A stretch of DNA of 58,373 nt, filler included, from a bacterium (GCA_013360215.1; 3 parts of 3 records of this genome joined end to end with filler, not necessarily neighbours in it), one strand, 5' to 3'; positions 28,597 to 39,829 are shown, counted from the first letter of the whole stretch. Made by a program: numbers and translations. Notes: generated by a model not told the origin, from the letters alone.

Positions 28597-29895
28597 TTAT
28601 TGAACAATTGAAATTTGCATTTTATCTACAAGTTTTGCAAGCGTATTCCCTGTTTTTTGGATGTCTCGGATCGTAAGTCGGTCAATCAATTTAGTGATTT
28701 CACCGATATTTACTTTCTTGCCAAGATAAATTTCATTTTTTGCCAAACGTATCATGCGCGTACTGGTACTTTCAAGGCCGAAAAGAAGATTTGCTTTGAT
28801 TTGCGCTTTGGCCATACGCAATTCTCCGGCTGTAATCGGTTTATCCGCAAGCTTACGTAATTCGGCTTTTACCGTATCCACACTTTTTTGGACCTGATTT
28901 TTATCGGTGGCCCAATACACTCCAAAAATGCCCCCGTCATTTAAAAAATCAACAAAACTGTATATGGAATACGCCAAGCCCATCTTTTCACGAATTTTTT
29001 GAAATAAACGCGAACTCATACCGCCGCCAAGCACGGTATTGAGAACTAGATATTCAAAACGATGATCATCGGTATAGGATTCATGAATCGTCACTCCCAT
29101 ACACACATGTGCTTGATTGATCTTCTTTTCAACTACCTCAGTTTTTGACGGAGTATTTCGTATGGCATATTTTTCGAAACCCGTCGGCCAGTAGGATGTA
29201 TTACGCAAACTTTTTGGAAATACAAATTTTTTTGCAATGACCGATTGCAGTTTGGCCTCATCAAAATTACCTGCAACAGACACCACCATATTGGATGGTA
29301 CGTAATATTTACGATACGTATCCACTATGCTTTTACGATCCAAAACTTTTACGCTTTGCGGTGTTCCAAGGATATTATAACCCATCGGATGATTTCGATA
29401 CACCTGACCATAAAAATAATCCTGTACAAATTCTTCGGGCGTATCTTCCGTATCACGAATTTCTTCTAGAATCACCTGTTTTTCGCGATTTATTTCCTTG
29501 GCATCAAATCGTGCATGAATCACTAAGTCGGCCAGCACATCCACGGCTAAGGCCATATCCTCGCTGAGAATATTCGCATAAAAACACGTATGCTCTTTAC
29601 TGGTAAAAGCATTGATGCTGCCGCCGACATTTTCTAAACTTTTGGCGATTTGCAACGCGCTACGATGTTTCGTCCCTTTGAATACGCTATGTTCGATAAA
29701 GTGAAAGATCCCCATCGTATCGGCTGATTCAAACCGGCTTCCGGCTGTAATCCACACCCCGATAGATACCGAACGCAGGTGCGGCATATGCTGAGAAACC
29801 AAGGTCAGTCCGTTATCCAGAATGACCTTGGTATAATTATTCTCGTCGTATAAAGTTTTCATTCCCGTTTCCGGGACTATGAAATTACGTGGCAC
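28597..29895 (-). CDS. M16 family (pitrilysin-like) zinc peptidase
   Basis: HFIEH (HxxEH), NAFTSKE, LGGGMSSRLFQKIREKMGLAYS; follows pnp. Confidence 0.92.
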   Translation of the reverse strand: MPRNFIVPETGMKTLYDENNYTKVILDNGLTLVSQHMPHLRSVSIGVWITAGSRFESADTMGIFHFIEHSVFKGTKHRSALQIAKSLENVGGSINAFTSKEHTCFYANILSEDMALAVDVLADLVIHARFDAKEINREKQVILEEIRDTEDTPEEFVQDYFYGQVYRNHPMGYNILGTPQSVKVLDRKSIVDTYRKYYVPSNMVVSVAGNFDEAKLQSVIAKKFVFPKSLRNTSYWPTGFEKYAIRNTPSKTEVVEKKINQAHVCMGVTIHESYTDDHRFEYLVLNTVLGGGMSSRLFQKIREKMGLAYSIYSFVDFLNDGGIFGVYWATDKNQVQKSVDTVKAELRKLADKPITAGELRMAKAQIKANLLFGLESTSTRMIRLAKNEIYLGKKVNIGEITKLIDRLTIRDIQKTGNTLAKLVDKMQISIVQ

Positions 29896-29897
29896 GC

Positions 29898-32087
29898 TTA
29901 GTGTCTGTCCTTTTTGTGATGATGACTACTGCGGCGATGTTCGTGACCTTGCCCGCGGTTGGCATCTTTTTCAGGTTCTACATGACCTTCGGGTTTGGGC
30001 ATAAGCGCTTTACGGCTCAATTCATATTTGGTTTTACCATCCCGCTGCGTCATATCTTGCAAAAGAACCTCAACCACATCACCAAGTTTGAAGTAATCTT
30101 CTACTTTAGCAACGCGCTTGTAATCAATCTCCGATATATGCAGAAGCCCTTCTTTTCCGGGCAGGATTTCGACAAAAGCGCCGAATTCTGTAATCTTCTT
30201 GATCGGGCCGCTATATTTTTTTCCGATTTCCGGTTCTTCGGTAAGCGCTTTGATCATGTTGATTGCGATTTCAGCATTTTCGGAATTGACTGCGCCGATT
30301 TTGACGGTACCGTCATCTTCGATATCTATCGTTGCACCGGATGCTTCTATAATGTGGCGTATCATTTTGCCGCCGGGTCCGATCACCAAACCGATAAGAT
30401 CTTGTTTGATCTTAATGGTTGTGATCTTCGGCGCATACCGTGAAATATCCGGGCGAGGTTGAGCCAGCGCGGTATTCATGATACCCAGAATGTGCATACG
30501 TCCGTCTTTAGCCTGTGCCAAAGCTTCACGCATGATTTCCGTTGAGATACCACGTATTTTGATATCCATCTGACATGCCGTGATCCCATTGGTCGTACCG
30601 GCTACTTTAAAATCCATATCTCCCAAATGATCTTCGTCACCAAGGATATCGCTGAGAATCGCATATTTTTCCGATTCTTTGATAAGTCCCATAGCGATAC
30701 CGGCTACGGGCGATTTCATCGGAACGCCTGCATCCATAAGTGAAAGCGAACCGCCGCAGACCGAAGCCATAGAACTTGAGCCATTGGATTCTAAAATATC
30801 GCTCACGATACGAATCGTGTAGGGGAACTCGGCATCGGACGGCGCCATATTTTTGAGTGCGCGTTCGGCTAAGTTACCGTGTCCTATTTCACGACGACCG
30901 GGACCGCGCGAACCGCGTGCTTCGCCGACTGAAAACGGCGGAAAATTGTAATGCAACATGAATCGTTTGTACGTTTCTACCGAATCCACACCGTCAATAA
31001 TCTGTTCATCTAATTTGGTACCAAGTGTGGTAGCCACAAGCGCTTGGGTTTGGCCGCGGGTAAAAAGTGCCGATCCGTGAACGCGAGGAAGTACGCTAGT
31101 TTGGCATACGATCTGACGAATATCGCGCGTCGTACGACCGTCTAAGCGCCGCTTTTCATCCAGGATCATCGAACGCATATCGGCATACTGGAGATCATCA
31201 ACCATTTTTTTGATTGCCGCATCCATCTCCGGATATTTTTCTGCAAACTGTTCGCAGAGTGACTTCTTCAGTTCTTTTAGTTTCTCGTTGCGCAGCGATT
31301 TATCTGCGATGCGATCGGCTTCATACACGACCGGCTTAGCGATCGCGGTAATGTCGTTGATAAAATCCTGCGGTAACGTTGCGGCGTCGAATGTTCTTTT
31401 TACGGGCGCAATATCTTTGGCTAATTCTTCCTGAAGCGCAATGACTTGTTTGATAACATCATGCGCAAAAAGAATCGCATTAAGCATATCTTCTTCGGAA
31501 ATCTCGCGGGACTCCCCCTCCACCATGGCGATGGAGTCTTTGGTGCCGGAAACCACGATATCCATATCGCTGGTTTCTAATTGTTTGAATGTGGGATTGA
31601 TGATCATTTGACCGTCAATTCGCCCTACACGCACAGAGGCTATCGGATTATCAAACGGAACATCGCTGACCATAAGTGCAGCCGAAGCGCCAATACCGCC
31701 GATCACATCTGCACTGCCTTCCTGATCCGACGAAATCACATTGACATTGATGATCGTATCGTAAAAAAATCCTTCGGGAAATAACGGACGAAGCGGACGA
31801 TCAATAAGACGACTTGAAAGAATTTCTTTTTCCGAGGGACGGCCTTCACGACGGAAAAAACCGCCGGGTATTTTACCGGCAGAATACGAACTCTCGCGGT
31901 AATCCACCATCAGCGGAAAATAATCAATGCCTTCTTTCATTTCTTTGGCACACACAACGGTTGCCAAAATCGTGGTATCACCATAGGTAATCCACACCGC
32001 ACCATCGGCTTGACGCGCTACACGACCATGTTCGATCGTGAGCGTACGCCCGCCCAGTTCCATGGATCGGGATTTGATTGTAAACAT
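29898..32087 (-). CDS. pnp: Polyribonucleotide nucleotidyltransferase
   Basis: [39 protein letters not shown] and S1 domains. Confidence 0.99.
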   Translation of the reverse strand: MFTIKSRSMELGGRTLTIEHGRVARQADGAVWITYGDTTILATVVCAKEMKEGIDYFPLMVDYRESSYSAGKIPGGFFRREGRPSEKEILSSRLIDRPLRPLFPEGFFYDTIINVNVISSDQEGSADVIGGIGASAALMVSDVPFDNPIASVRVGRIDGQMIINPTFKQLETSDMDIVVSGTKDSIAMVEGESREISEEDMLNAILFAHDVIKQVIALQEELAKDIAPVKRTFDAATLPQDFINDITAIAKPVVYEADRIADKSLRNEKLKELKKSLCEQFAEKYPEMDAAIKKMVDDLQYADMRSMILDEKRRLDGRTTRDIRQIVCQTSVLPRVHGSALFTRGQTQALVATTLGTKLDEQIIDGVDSVETYKRFMLHYNFPPFSVGEARGSRGPGRREIGHGNLAERALKNMAPSDAEFPYTIRIVSDILESNGSSSMASVCGGSLSLMDAGVPMKSPVAGIAMGLIKESEKYAILSDILGDEDHLGDMDFKVAGTTNGITACQMDIKIRGISTEIMREALAQAKDGRMHILGIMNTALAQPRPDISRYAPKITTIKIKQDLIGLVIGPGGKMIRHIIEASGATIDIEDDGTVKIGAVNSENAEIAINMIKALTEEPEIGKKYSGPIKKITEFGAFVEILPGKEGLLHISEIDYKRVAKVEDYFKLGDVVEVLLQDMTQRDGKTKYELSRKALMPKPEGHVEPEKDANRGQGHEHRRSSHHHKKDRH

Positions 32088-32124
32088 ACCATTTCTCCTT
32101 AATTATGAGGTATTACTATAAAAA

Positions 32125-32244
32125 GAAACGGTGTGATGCGTTTTGTTTGCCAATCCGCACGTCGCGTCAGCCTAAGCGAAAACTGTGCGTCAGGTTTCGT
32201 TTAGAATGACGTTGATGCAGATAACAGACGAATCCCACCATTTC
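32125..32244 (-). promoter_or_regulatory. Long stem-loop in the pnp 5' leader
   Basis: mRNA GAAAUGGUG...CUAAACGAAACCUG-ACGCA-CAGUUUUCGCUUAG...CACCGUUUC pairs over about 120 nt. Confidence 0.6.
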
Positions 32245-32264
32245 AATGAACATATAAACAAAAA

Positions 32265-32338
32265 CAGGCTGTCCCAAAAACGCACCGTGTTCAACCTAAC
32301 AAAAAGAGAACAAAACGGATAGCTTTTGGGACAGCCTG
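32265..32338. repeat. Perfect 15-bp inverted repeat, 44-nt spacer
   Basis: CAGGCTGTCCCAAAA...TTTTGGGACAGCCTG just after the rpsO stop. Confidence 0.8.
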
Positions 32339-32345
32339 ATACAAA

Positions 32346-32615
32346 TTACTTACGGATACCGAGTTCTGCGATCAATGAACGATATTTCTCAATATCTTTC
32401 TTGGTCAAATACGTGAGTAAACGTTTGCGCTGACCAACGAGTTTGAGCAACGAACGGCGCGAGCTGTGATCTTTTTTGTGCTCTTGCAGGTGCTTTGTGA
32501 GCTCGTTGATGTGTTGCGTGAGCAGCGCGATCTGGACTTCCGTGGCCCCGGTATTTGTCGCAGTTCCGCCGTGCTTTTTAATCACTTCGATTTTTTGTTC
32601 TTTGGTAACGGCCAT
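32346..32615 (-). CDS. rpsO: 30S ribosomal protein S15
   Basis: [12 protein letters not shown]...[21 protein letters not shown]. Confidence 0.99.
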   Translation of the reverse strand: MAVTKEQKIEVIKKHGGTATNTGATEVQIALLTQHINELTKHLQEHKKDHSSRRSLLKLVGQRKRLLTYLTKKDIEKYRSLIAELGIRK

Positions 32616-32680
32616 GTGATTCTCTTTACTCCTTTATGTTTTTGAAATTATTGGGCTTACTTTTAACCCAAAAGCGCGTG

Positions 32681-32709
32681 AATGTATATAATGCAAATAT
32701 GTAAGTCAA
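32681..32709 (-). promoter_or_regulatory. Sigma70-type promoter of rpsO
   Basis: TTGACT-N17-TACATT. Confidence 0.7.
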
Positions 32710-32730
32710 TTGTTTTTTTAATAAAAAAAT

Positions 32731-33663
32731 CTAAAAACCTTGTTCGCGCGCATGGCGGATATCCTGACGAATTTGCCAGATCAATTCTTCGCGGGATGAA
32801 AATTTACGTTCGTCCCGAATACGATAAATAAACTCAAGACCGACAGATCGATCATACAGATCACGATCAAAATCAAGGATATGCGCTTCGATCACGGTTT
32901 GCAAACTCGTGTCGAACGTAGGTCTCTGGCCAATATTAGTAACCGCAGGAAATGAAGAACCATCCACATTCACACGGCATGCGTAAACGCCCGGCATCGG
33001 GATGAGTTTCTGCATATGTGTGGGTTGGATGTTTGCCGTAGGGAACCCGATCGTGCGGCCTCGCCCGGCGCCATGCTGTACCGTGCCTTCGACGATATAA
33101 CGACGGCCTAAAAGATCATTGGCTGTAGCTACATCCCCGTCTTTCAACATATTGCGAATCATCGTGCTATTAACGACAATACGATCAAAATCAAACGCCG
33201 GCAATTTTTCGATAATAAAATTCTTTTCGACAGCCATCGGCTGTAACGACTCGAATGTGCCGCTTCGGTTTTTTCCAAAAGCATGATCGTAGCCTAACAG
33301 TAATTTTTTCAGGCCGGCTCGTTGAATCAAAAATTGGTCAACAAATTCTTGCCCTGTTTTTTCCATTAAGGAACGGTCAAATTTTACAATAAGAAGCGCA
33401 TCCACCCCCAACTTGGCAAAGACCTCTTGCTTTTCGTGCATCGTAGTCAGAATAGGTATGGATTTCGCTTTTTCAGGATTAACTACAGATTGGGGATGAG
33501 GATCAAACGTAAGAATAACCGAGCGCGCCTTCAACGCCTGCGCATCTTCGACTAATTTTTTTATAACCGCCTGATGACCGCGATGCACACCGTCAAATGT
33601 GCCCATAGTAAATACCGATGGTCTATCGGGATTTATCGCGTCAAAACCTTGTAAAATTTGCAT
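32731..33663 (-). CDS. ribF: Bifunctional riboflavin kinase/FAD synthetase
   Basis: GTFDGVHRGH, GRTIGFPTAN, NIGQRPTF, IEAHILDF. Confidence 0.97.
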   Translation of the reverse strand: MQILQGFDAINPDRPSVFTMGTFDGVHRGHQAVIKKLVEDAQALKARSVILTFDPHPQSVVNPEKAKSIPILTTMHEKQEVFAKLGVDALLIVKFDRSLMEKTGQEFVDQFLIQRAGLKKLLLGYDHAFGKNRSGTFESLQPMAVEKNFIIEKLPAFDFDRIVVNSTMIRNMLKDGDVATANDLLGRRYIVEGTVQHGAGRGRTIGFPTANIQPTHMQKLIPMPGVYACRVNVDGSSFPAVTNIGQRPTFDTSLQTVIEAHILDFDRDLYDRSVGLEFIYRIRDERKFSSREELIWQIRQDIRHAREQGF

Positions 33664-33681
33664 AAAATTTAGAATATAAAA

Positions 33682-34437
33682 TTATGATTTATCGGCGGAT
33701 GTCGCTAATGCTTGTTTTATACGCTCAGCCATATTCAGCACATCCGAACTATTTTCTACGGAATATGCCCCAATGGATAAGCGACGCAGCGATTTGACAA
33801 AGGCTCCGCACCCTAATTCGTTTCCCAAGTCTCGTGCCAATGCACGGATATAAGTCCCTTTGGAACACTCTATCATCACCCGCAATATGTTTTCTTTGTA
33901 AGATAAAACGTGGTATGCATGTATAGTTATCCGGCGCGGTTTGATATCTACAGTTTTTCCTTTACGAGCCATTTTGTATGCAGGCACACCATTGATCTTG
34001 ATGGCTGCAAACTGAGGAGGGATTTGTTCTATTTCGCCGATACTTTTATTGCAAATTTCCTGCAAAACCGCTTTGTTCAAATCCGGCACCGGCGCTTCAC
34101 TCGTGATACGTCCTTCAATATCCAATGTATCGGTAGTTTTACCCAAAACAAATTCGGCTTCGTACACTTTATCCAAATCGGAAAATGTATCTATTGTTTT
34201 CGTTGCTTTGCCGGTGCACAAAATGAGTAAACCGGTAGCAAAAGGATCCAACGTCCCTGCATGACCTACCCGCTTGGCTTTGCAGGCAAAACGAATTTTG
34301 TTAACTACATCAAAGGATGTCCAACCGGCCGGTTTGTCAATAAGTAGAACTTTTCCTTCGTCAAAAAAAAGACGAAGTTCGTCGGTGTTGAAAAATTTTC
34401 CCGCCGTCAGATCGTGCGGTCCGATTACAGGAAACAC
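33682..34437 (-). CDS. truB: tRNA pseudouridine(55) synthase
   Basis: DKPAGWTSFDVV, GHAGTLDPFATG, CSKGTYIRALA. Confidence 0.97.
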   Translation of the reverse strand: MFPVIGPHDLTAGKFFNTDELRLFFDEGKVLLIDKPAGWTSFDVVNKIRFACKAKRVGHAGTLDPFATGLLILCTGKATKTIDTFSDLDKVYEAEFVLGKTTDTLDIEGRITSEAPVPDLNKAVLQEICNKSIGEIEQIPPQFAAIKINGVPAYKMARKGKTVDIKPRRITIHAYHVLSYKENILRVMIECSKGTYIRALARDLGNELGCGAFVKSLRRLSIGAYSVENSSDVLNMAERIKQALATSADKS

Positions 34438-34443
34438 GCGCGT

Positions 34444-34785
34444 TTATTCCCCTTTGATCTGCTTAAATATTTGTTCTAAGCGATCGGCATTGGCTAACGT
34501 GTCATCATAATAAAATTTTAATTCCGGGATGTGTTTGATTTCGATACGTTCTGCGATTTTGCTGCGCAAAAAACCTTTGGCATGGTCCAGCGCTTTACTG
34601 ATGGCTTTGATTTCATCAGGCGGCGCCATCGCGGTGAAATATACTTTCGCAAAACTCATGTCGCTGGATACACGGACGGCCGTCACGGTGACCAATTTGG
34701 CTCGCGGATCGTGCATTTCCGTTTGTATGATAACTCCTATTTCCCGCAATATCAGTTCCTGAACGCGGTGCATACGTTGATTCAT
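34444..34785 (-). CDS. rbfA: Ribosome-binding factor A
   Basis: DPR...VTVT.V.VSSDMSFAKVY, PELKFYYD; synteny. Confidence 0.96.
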   Translation of the reverse strand: MNQRMHRVQELILREIGVIIQTEMHDPRAKLVTVTAVRVSSDMSFAKVYFTAMAPPDEIKAISKALDHAKGFLRSKIAERIEIKHIPELKFYYDDTLANADRLEQIFKQIKGE

Positions 34786-34798
34786 ATTAATCTCATCG

Positions 34799-35080
34799 TT
34801 AGTACATGGTCAGTTCGCGGTTTACGATTTCGCATTGGCCTTTGGCCTCGATAAAATGTATGATCGCATCCATCGTATTACGAATTAAATGTTCTTCATT
34901 GGCGACCATACTGACACCCAATTCGGCGCGTTGCCATTTATCTAAGTGGCCGGTCTCCGCTATACTGACGTTAAATTTATGTCGAACGCCTTCTTTTATG
35001 CTTTTTACGACAAAGCGCTTCTCTTTGAGTGAAGCGCTTGCGTGTATAAATAAATCCATTTTATAGACTCCGACGATCAT
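34799..35080 (-). CDS. DUF503 (YlxP) protein
   Basis: SLKEKRFVVKS...KFNVSIAE...DKWQ; lies between infB and rbfA. Confidence 0.92.
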   Translation of the reverse strand: MIVGVYKMDLFIHASASLKEKRFVVKSIKEGVRHKFNVSIAETGHLDKWQRAELGVSMVANEEHLIRNTMDAIIHFIEAKGQCEIVNRELTMY

Positions 35081-35093
35081 GATCGTGGGGTGC

Positions 35094-37670
35094 TCATACC
35101 GATAATGTTCGTTTGGTTTCTACGCGTTCGTAGCACTCGACGACATCACCGGATTTGATATCATTGTATCCGTCAATGGTAAGACCGCACTCAAATCCCT
35201 GCGCAACTTCGCGGGCATCGTCTTTGAAACGCTTGAGTGATGAAAGTTTACCCTCATATACAACTTCGCCGTTGCGCAGAAGACGTATGGGCTGTGTACG
35301 ATTGACTTTTCCGTCCACCACATAACAACCGGCAACCGTACCCACCTTGGATATTTTGAAAATTTCACGTATTTCGACCATACCTGTGATTTTAATTTCA
35401 TAATCCGGTTCAAGCATACCTTCGAGCGCTTTGCGGATATCTTCGATACAGTCGTAAATAATGTTGTAATAGCGTATATCTATGTTTTCACGCTCGGCCA
35501 GTTTACGCGCATTGAGATTGGGGCGAACGTGGAAGCCGATGATGATCGCTCCGGAGGCCGATGCGAGTAACACATCTGATTCGGTAATTACGCCGACGCC
35601 GCGGTGAATGATATTGACCTTCACTTCGGGTGTACTGAGGCGTTGAATCGAATCACTGAGTGCTTCGACGGAACCATCCACGTCGCCTTTGAGTACGATC
35701 GCCAAATCCGATACTTTGCCGTCGCGCACTTGTTTAGAGATTTCATCCAGGGTAAGGAATTTGACGCGGCGATGGTCCTGCTCGCGCTTGAGCTGATGCC
35801 GTTTTGTGGCGATGTTACGGGCAATACGTTCGTTGGAGGTAACAACCAATTTATCCCCGGCTTGGGGCAAACCGTCAAAACCGATCAACTGCACCGGTGT
35901 TGAAGGACCGGCGGCTTTTACCGAATTACCGCGTTCATCAAACATAGCTTTCACACGACCGTAATAAATACCGCAAATAAACGGATCGCCGATGTGTAGA
36001 GTACCTGACTCGACCAGCGCTGTGGCCGTCGCTCCGCGTCCTTTGTCCAATTGTGACTCCACAATGGTACCTTTCGCGCGGCATTCTACTTTCGCTTTGA
36101 GTTCCAAAACATCCGCTTCGAGGAGAATCTTCTCCAACAATGTATCTACGTGTAAGCCTTTTTTAGCGGAGATTTCCACGCATTGGTATTTACCGCCCCA
36201 ATCTTCGACAAGAATATTTTTTTCAGAAAGTTGCGTTTTAATACGCATGGAATTGGCTTCAGGCTTATCAATCTTGTTAATCGCAATAATGATAGGTACG
36301 CCCGCGGCTTGCGCGTGATTAAGCGCTTCCACCGTTTGAGGCATGACATTATCGTCGGCCGCGACGACGATCACGACGATATCCGTAACCTGTGCACCGC
36401 GCGCACGCATTGCGGTAAAAGCTTCGTGACCCGGTGTATCCAAAAATGTGATTTTTCGACCTGAAGACAGCGTAACTTCGTAAGCACCGATATGTTGGGT
36501 GATCCCACCTGCTTCGCCGGCTACGACGTTCGCCTTACGTATATAGTCAAGAAGTGATGTTTTACCGTGATCAACGTGACCCATGATCGTCACGATCGGC
36601 GCACGGGTTGATTCCGGTACATCTTCCTGCTCTTCCAACTCTTCAATTTCATTTTCCTCGAACTCTTTGACTTGCTCGACATCGTATCCGAATTCACCCG
36701 CTACGAGCGTAATGGTATCCATATCCAGGCGTTGATTGATAGAAACCATCAATCCAAGCTGGAGACAGGTTTTAATAATTTCGCCTACAGCCACATCCAT
36801 CATATCGGCTAATTCGTGCGCCGAAAGGTATTCATGCACACGAATCACATTACGTTCTTCTTCGGACTCTGCCGCTTCGGCTTCTCTTTCTTCGCGTTTT
36901 TGCTTACGCCGTTTTTGACGCTCTTCGCCGGCCGTGCGCGAATCATCCATCTTAGCCATCGTTTCACGGATAGCCGCTTCGACGTCTTTTTCGTCTATCT
37001 TATTTTTCTTCTTCTTTTTCTTTTTATTATTCTTACCGCCTTTTTCTTCGACCACTAAAACTTCAGGCTCCGCTTCACCTTCTTCTTTGCCACCCTTCTT
37101 CTTTTTACGACGCGGGTCAGTTTCGTCTTTCATCGCTTGTTTTTCAAGCTGTTGGCGCGCTTTTTCAAACGCAAGCTTAAATTCCTCGATGGATTTTTGC
37201 GAGGATTTCAGGTTTTCTAGCAGATCAACTTTTTTCTTTTCTGAAGGATGCGTATCCGCGTTTGTATTTTTTGCTTCAACCGAGATCGTTTCATCGGCAG
37301 GCACAGCATGCGGCTCAGCCGACACCGGTTCAGTCTGATGCACTGTTGCGGGTTCTGAAACCTCCTTAACCGTCTTTTCATCTTTTACGGATTCCGGTTC
37401 TAATTCCGGTTCCGGTTTAGGCTCGGATGACAGCTCAAAAATAGACGTTTGTTTTTCGTCTTTTTTCTCTTTTTTGTCTTTTATTCTCTGATAGGTATCG
37501 GCGTGTTTTTTCTCTTTGGAAAACTTAGCCATTACCTTCTCGATCATTTCCTCATCGAGCCCGCTCATGTGATTTTTTACTTCTTTGAAGCCGCTCTTTT
37601 GAAGAAATGTTACGATTTCCTGATGGCTTACCAAAAGCTCTTTGGCAAGCTGAAATACTTTTTTGGACAT
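35094..37670 (-). CDS. infB: Translation initiation factor IF-2
   Basis: [44 protein letters not shown]. Confidence 0.99.
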   Translation of the reverse strand: MSKKVFQLAKELLVSHQEIVTFLQKSGFKEVKNHMSGLDEEMIEKVMAKFSKEKKHADTYQRIKDKKEKKDEKQTSIFELSSEPKPEPELEPESVKDEKTVKEVSEPATVHQTEPVSAEPHAVPADETISVEAKNTNADTHPSEKKKVDLLENLKSSQKSIEEFKLAFEKARQQLEKQAMKDETDPRRKKKKGGKEEGEAEPEVLVVEEKGGKNNKKKKKKKNKIDEKDVEAAIRETMAKMDDSRTAGEERQKRRKQKREEREAEAAESEEERNVIRVHEYLSAHELADMMDVAVGEIIKTCLQLGLMVSINQRLDMDTITLVAGEFGYDVEQVKEFEENEIEELEEQEDVPESTRAPIVTIMGHVDHGKTSLLDYIRKANVVAGEAGGITQHIGAYEVTLSSGRKITFLDTPGHEAFTAMRARGAQVTDIVVIVVAADDNVMPQTVEALNHAQAAGVPIIIAINKIDKPEANSMRIKTQLSEKNILVEDWGGKYQCVEISAKKGLHVDTLLEKILLEADVLELKAKVECRAKGTIVESQLDKGRGATATALVESGTLHIGDPFICGIYYGRVKAMFDERGNSVKAAGPSTPVQLIGFDGLPQAGDKLVVTSNERIARNIATKRHQLKREQDHRRVKFLTLDEISKQVRDGKVSDLAIVLKGDVDGSVEALSDSIQRLSTPEVKVNIIHRGVGVITESDVLLASASGAIIIGFHVRPNLNARKLAERENIDIRYYNIIYDCIEDIRKALEGMLEPDYEIKITGMVEIREIFKISKVGTVAGCYVVDGKVNRTQPIRLLRNGEVVYEGKLSSLKRFKDDAREVAQGFECGLTIDGYNDIKSGDVVECYERVETKRTLSV

Positions 37671-37699
37671 AAATCCGCTTTTATGTAGTTAAGAAATAC

Positions 37700-39082
37700 T
37701 TATTCATTGGAAGACGTTTCCGTCGCCGGTTGCAGGTTCTCAATAACTGCGGCCAACCGACTGATGGCACGTTCGGGAATTCCTTCGACGTTTTTGATCT
37801 CTTCGATGGAAGCAATATCACCAAGTTTTACGAAACCTGCTACCAGTAATTTTTCGGCTACTGCTTTGGATACGCCTCGAACTTCGACGATCAACGAAGC
37901 TTCTGTATAAACTTCCGGCTGCGCCTCGGGTTTAGCCTCCGGGCGAACCGTCGGCTTAACAGTAGTTTCACGAATTGTTTCAGCTTCTGGAGTTTCGTTT
38001 TCGTCAACGATCTCGTCCGCTGCTTCTTCGACGTGCGCTTCGCCGCTTAATTCGCTGTATTTAATTGTTTCGATTTGAAAGCCGGTCAGACGTGCGGCTA
38101 AGTTTATATTTTGACCGAAGCGACCGACCGCGATGGACATCTCATCGTCATTGATAACAGCCAAGGCTTTTTTGTCGGTGGTATCCACTTCGACACGCAA
38201 GGGTTTGGCCGGACTCAACGCGCGAGAAATAAAAATTTCCGCGTCAGGACTCCAACTGACAATATCAATTTTTTCGTTATTAAGCTCTTTGACAATCGCC
38301 TGAATACGTACGCCTTTCATGCCGACACAAGCACCCACCGCGTCAATACGTTTATCGTTTGAAAATACGGCGATTTTCGTACGCTCACCCGGATCACGGG
38401 CAATAGCTTTGATTTCGATAATACCATCGTATATTTCAGGTACTTCGTTTTCAAACAAACGTTGAAGAAATTCGGGTTGTGCACGGGATACCACGATACG
38501 CGGGCCGCGCGGATCATCCACGACATCTTTGATAACGGCACGCACCGTATCACCGCGTTTGTAACGTTCATTGGAAATTTGTTCCATTTTGGGCATGATA
38601 AGTTCGGTGCGCTCAAAACTGATATAAATTTCATTTTTGTTGATCTGGCGGATCTCACCGACAACGATTTCGCCGATACGGTTTTTAAATTCGTCCATGA
38701 TCAGTTTGCGCTCGATGTCTCGTATTTTCTGATTGAGTGTCTGACGTGCACTGATAATAAGACGACGACCGAAACTTGCCGGATCAATGATATGTACATA
38801 ATCGTCACCGACTTTCATATCCGGATCCATTTTTTGAGCATCTTCAATGGAAATCTCGGCCACAGGATTTGTTACCGGATCGGCAACAACAACGTTTTGG
38901 TAAATTTCAATTGCCGGTTTGTCTAAGTTAACGATCACATCAAAGTTGTCCGTTGAGCCGTACTTTTTTTTGATCATCATTTTAAAAATTTCCTCGATGA
39001 CCAAATTGAGTTCATCCTTCTCAATGTTTTTTTCACGGGCAATCTGCGTAAACGCATCGACTATCATGCCACCGTGTTCCAT
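37700..39082 (-). CDS. nusA: Transcription termination factor NusA
   Basis: EVPEIYDG, ARDPGERTKIAV, VGACVGMKGVRIQ; acidic linker and HhH-like tail. Confidence 0.98.
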   Translation of the reverse strand: MEHGGMIVDAFTQIAREKNIEKDELNLVIEEIFKMMIKKKYGSTDNFDVIVNLDKPAIEIYQNVVVADPVTNPVAEISIEDAQKMDPDMKVGDDYVHIIDPASFGRRLIISARQTLNQKIRDIERKLIMDEFKNRIGEIVVGEIRQINKNEIYISFERTELIMPKMEQISNERYKRGDTVRAVIKDVVDDPRGPRIVVSRAQPEFLQRLFENEVPEIYDGIIEIKAIARDPGERTKIAVFSNDKRIDAVGACVGMKGVRIQAIVKELNNEKIDIVSWSPDAEIFISRALSPAKPLRVEVDTTDKKALAVINDDEMSIAVGRFGQNINLAARLTGFQIETIKYSELSGEAHVEEAADEIVDENETPEAETIRETTVKPTVRPEAKPEAQPEVYTEASLIVEVRGVSKAVAEKLLVAGFVKLGDIASIEEIKNVEGIPERAISRLAAVIENLQPATETSSNE

Positions 39083-39141
39083 GCTGCCTCCGATAAATGG
39101 TTCACTATATTAATTTGTTTTCTAATTTATTCTTTTTACAA

Positions 39142-39609
39142 CTACCACTTCAGTTTTATCTTAGCCTGTTTAATCTGGCTAAGTTCAATGGTGATATCTG
39201 AAGTTTGTTTTTTTGCTAACTGGACTCGAAGCGTAACATTATTATCTCCCACGCCAACCACAGTTCCTTCCATTGTTTTATCGCCTTGGTCCGATAAATA
39301 TGTCATTATTATGGTTCTGCCCATGTTTTTGCGAAATTGCCAATCTTGTGAGATCGGACGCTCCAAACCGGGAGACGAAACTTCGAGAAGATAATTTTCA
39401 CCTAAAAAATTTTCCGCATCAAGAACTGTCTCAATTTCACGGCTAAATTCACGACAGCGGTCTATTATTATCCCTTTTTCACTATCGAGAAATACACGCA
39501 ACATATAACGACCGGATGTGGATTTCAAATCAATATCCACAATTTTAAATTCAGTATTTTCAATAATTTTACTGACTATGTTTCGTATACGCGTTTGTAA
39601 ATTATTCAC
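39142..39609 (-). CDS. rimP: Ribosome maturation factor RimP
   Basis: LRVFLD..GI..D.C, YLLEVSSPGLERP; start reassigned to GTG 39609, downstream of promoter and leader. Confidence 0.92.
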   Translation of the reverse strand: MNNLQTRIRNIVSKIIENTEFKIVDIDLKSTSGRYMLRVFLDSEKGIIIDRCREFSREIETVLDAENFLGENYLLEVSSPGLERPISQDWQFRKNMGRTIIMTYLSDQGDKTMEGTVVGVGDNNVTLRVQLAKKQTSDITIELSQIKQAKIKLKW

Positions 39610-39624
39610 TTTTATAACTTTATG

Positions 39625-39657
39625 AAAACAAAAAAGTGGGTCTTGCGAACCCACTCC
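39625..39657 (-). promoter_or_regulatory. rimP leader terminator hairpin
   Basis: AGTGGGTTC-GCAA-GACCCACT-TTTTTGTTTT: GNRA-capped terminator, matching the described rimP leader. Confidence 0.8.
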
Positions 39658-39682
39658 GTAATAGGTAAAGAAGCTGTCCGTA

Positions 39683-39711
39683 AATATAAAGCTTCTTTTT
39701 ACGTAATGCAA
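39683..39711 (-). promoter_or_regulatory. Sigma70-type promoter of rimP-nusA-infB
   Basis: TTGCAT (39711-39706)-N17-TATATT (39688-39683), just upstream of the leader hairpin. Confidence 0.72.
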
Positions 39712-39730
39712 GTATTTTTTGATTCAACTT

Positions 39731-39829
39731 TGGGAAACGGAAGCAACATCGTACCCCCCTTTGGATAGAAGGGAAAGAAGGATTGAGATTGGTGATAGAA
39801 CATTGCAGGAAGTCTTGCGAGCGTAGCGA
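39731..39829. mobile_element. Terminus of a multicopy element, copy 2 (truncated by contig end)
   Basis: Identical to 19875-19972 plus one base. Confidence 0.75.

Noticed and set aside
39610-39711. Extended start of rimP
   Set aside because: The TTG is the predicted -35 hexamer and the extension spans the leader terminator.
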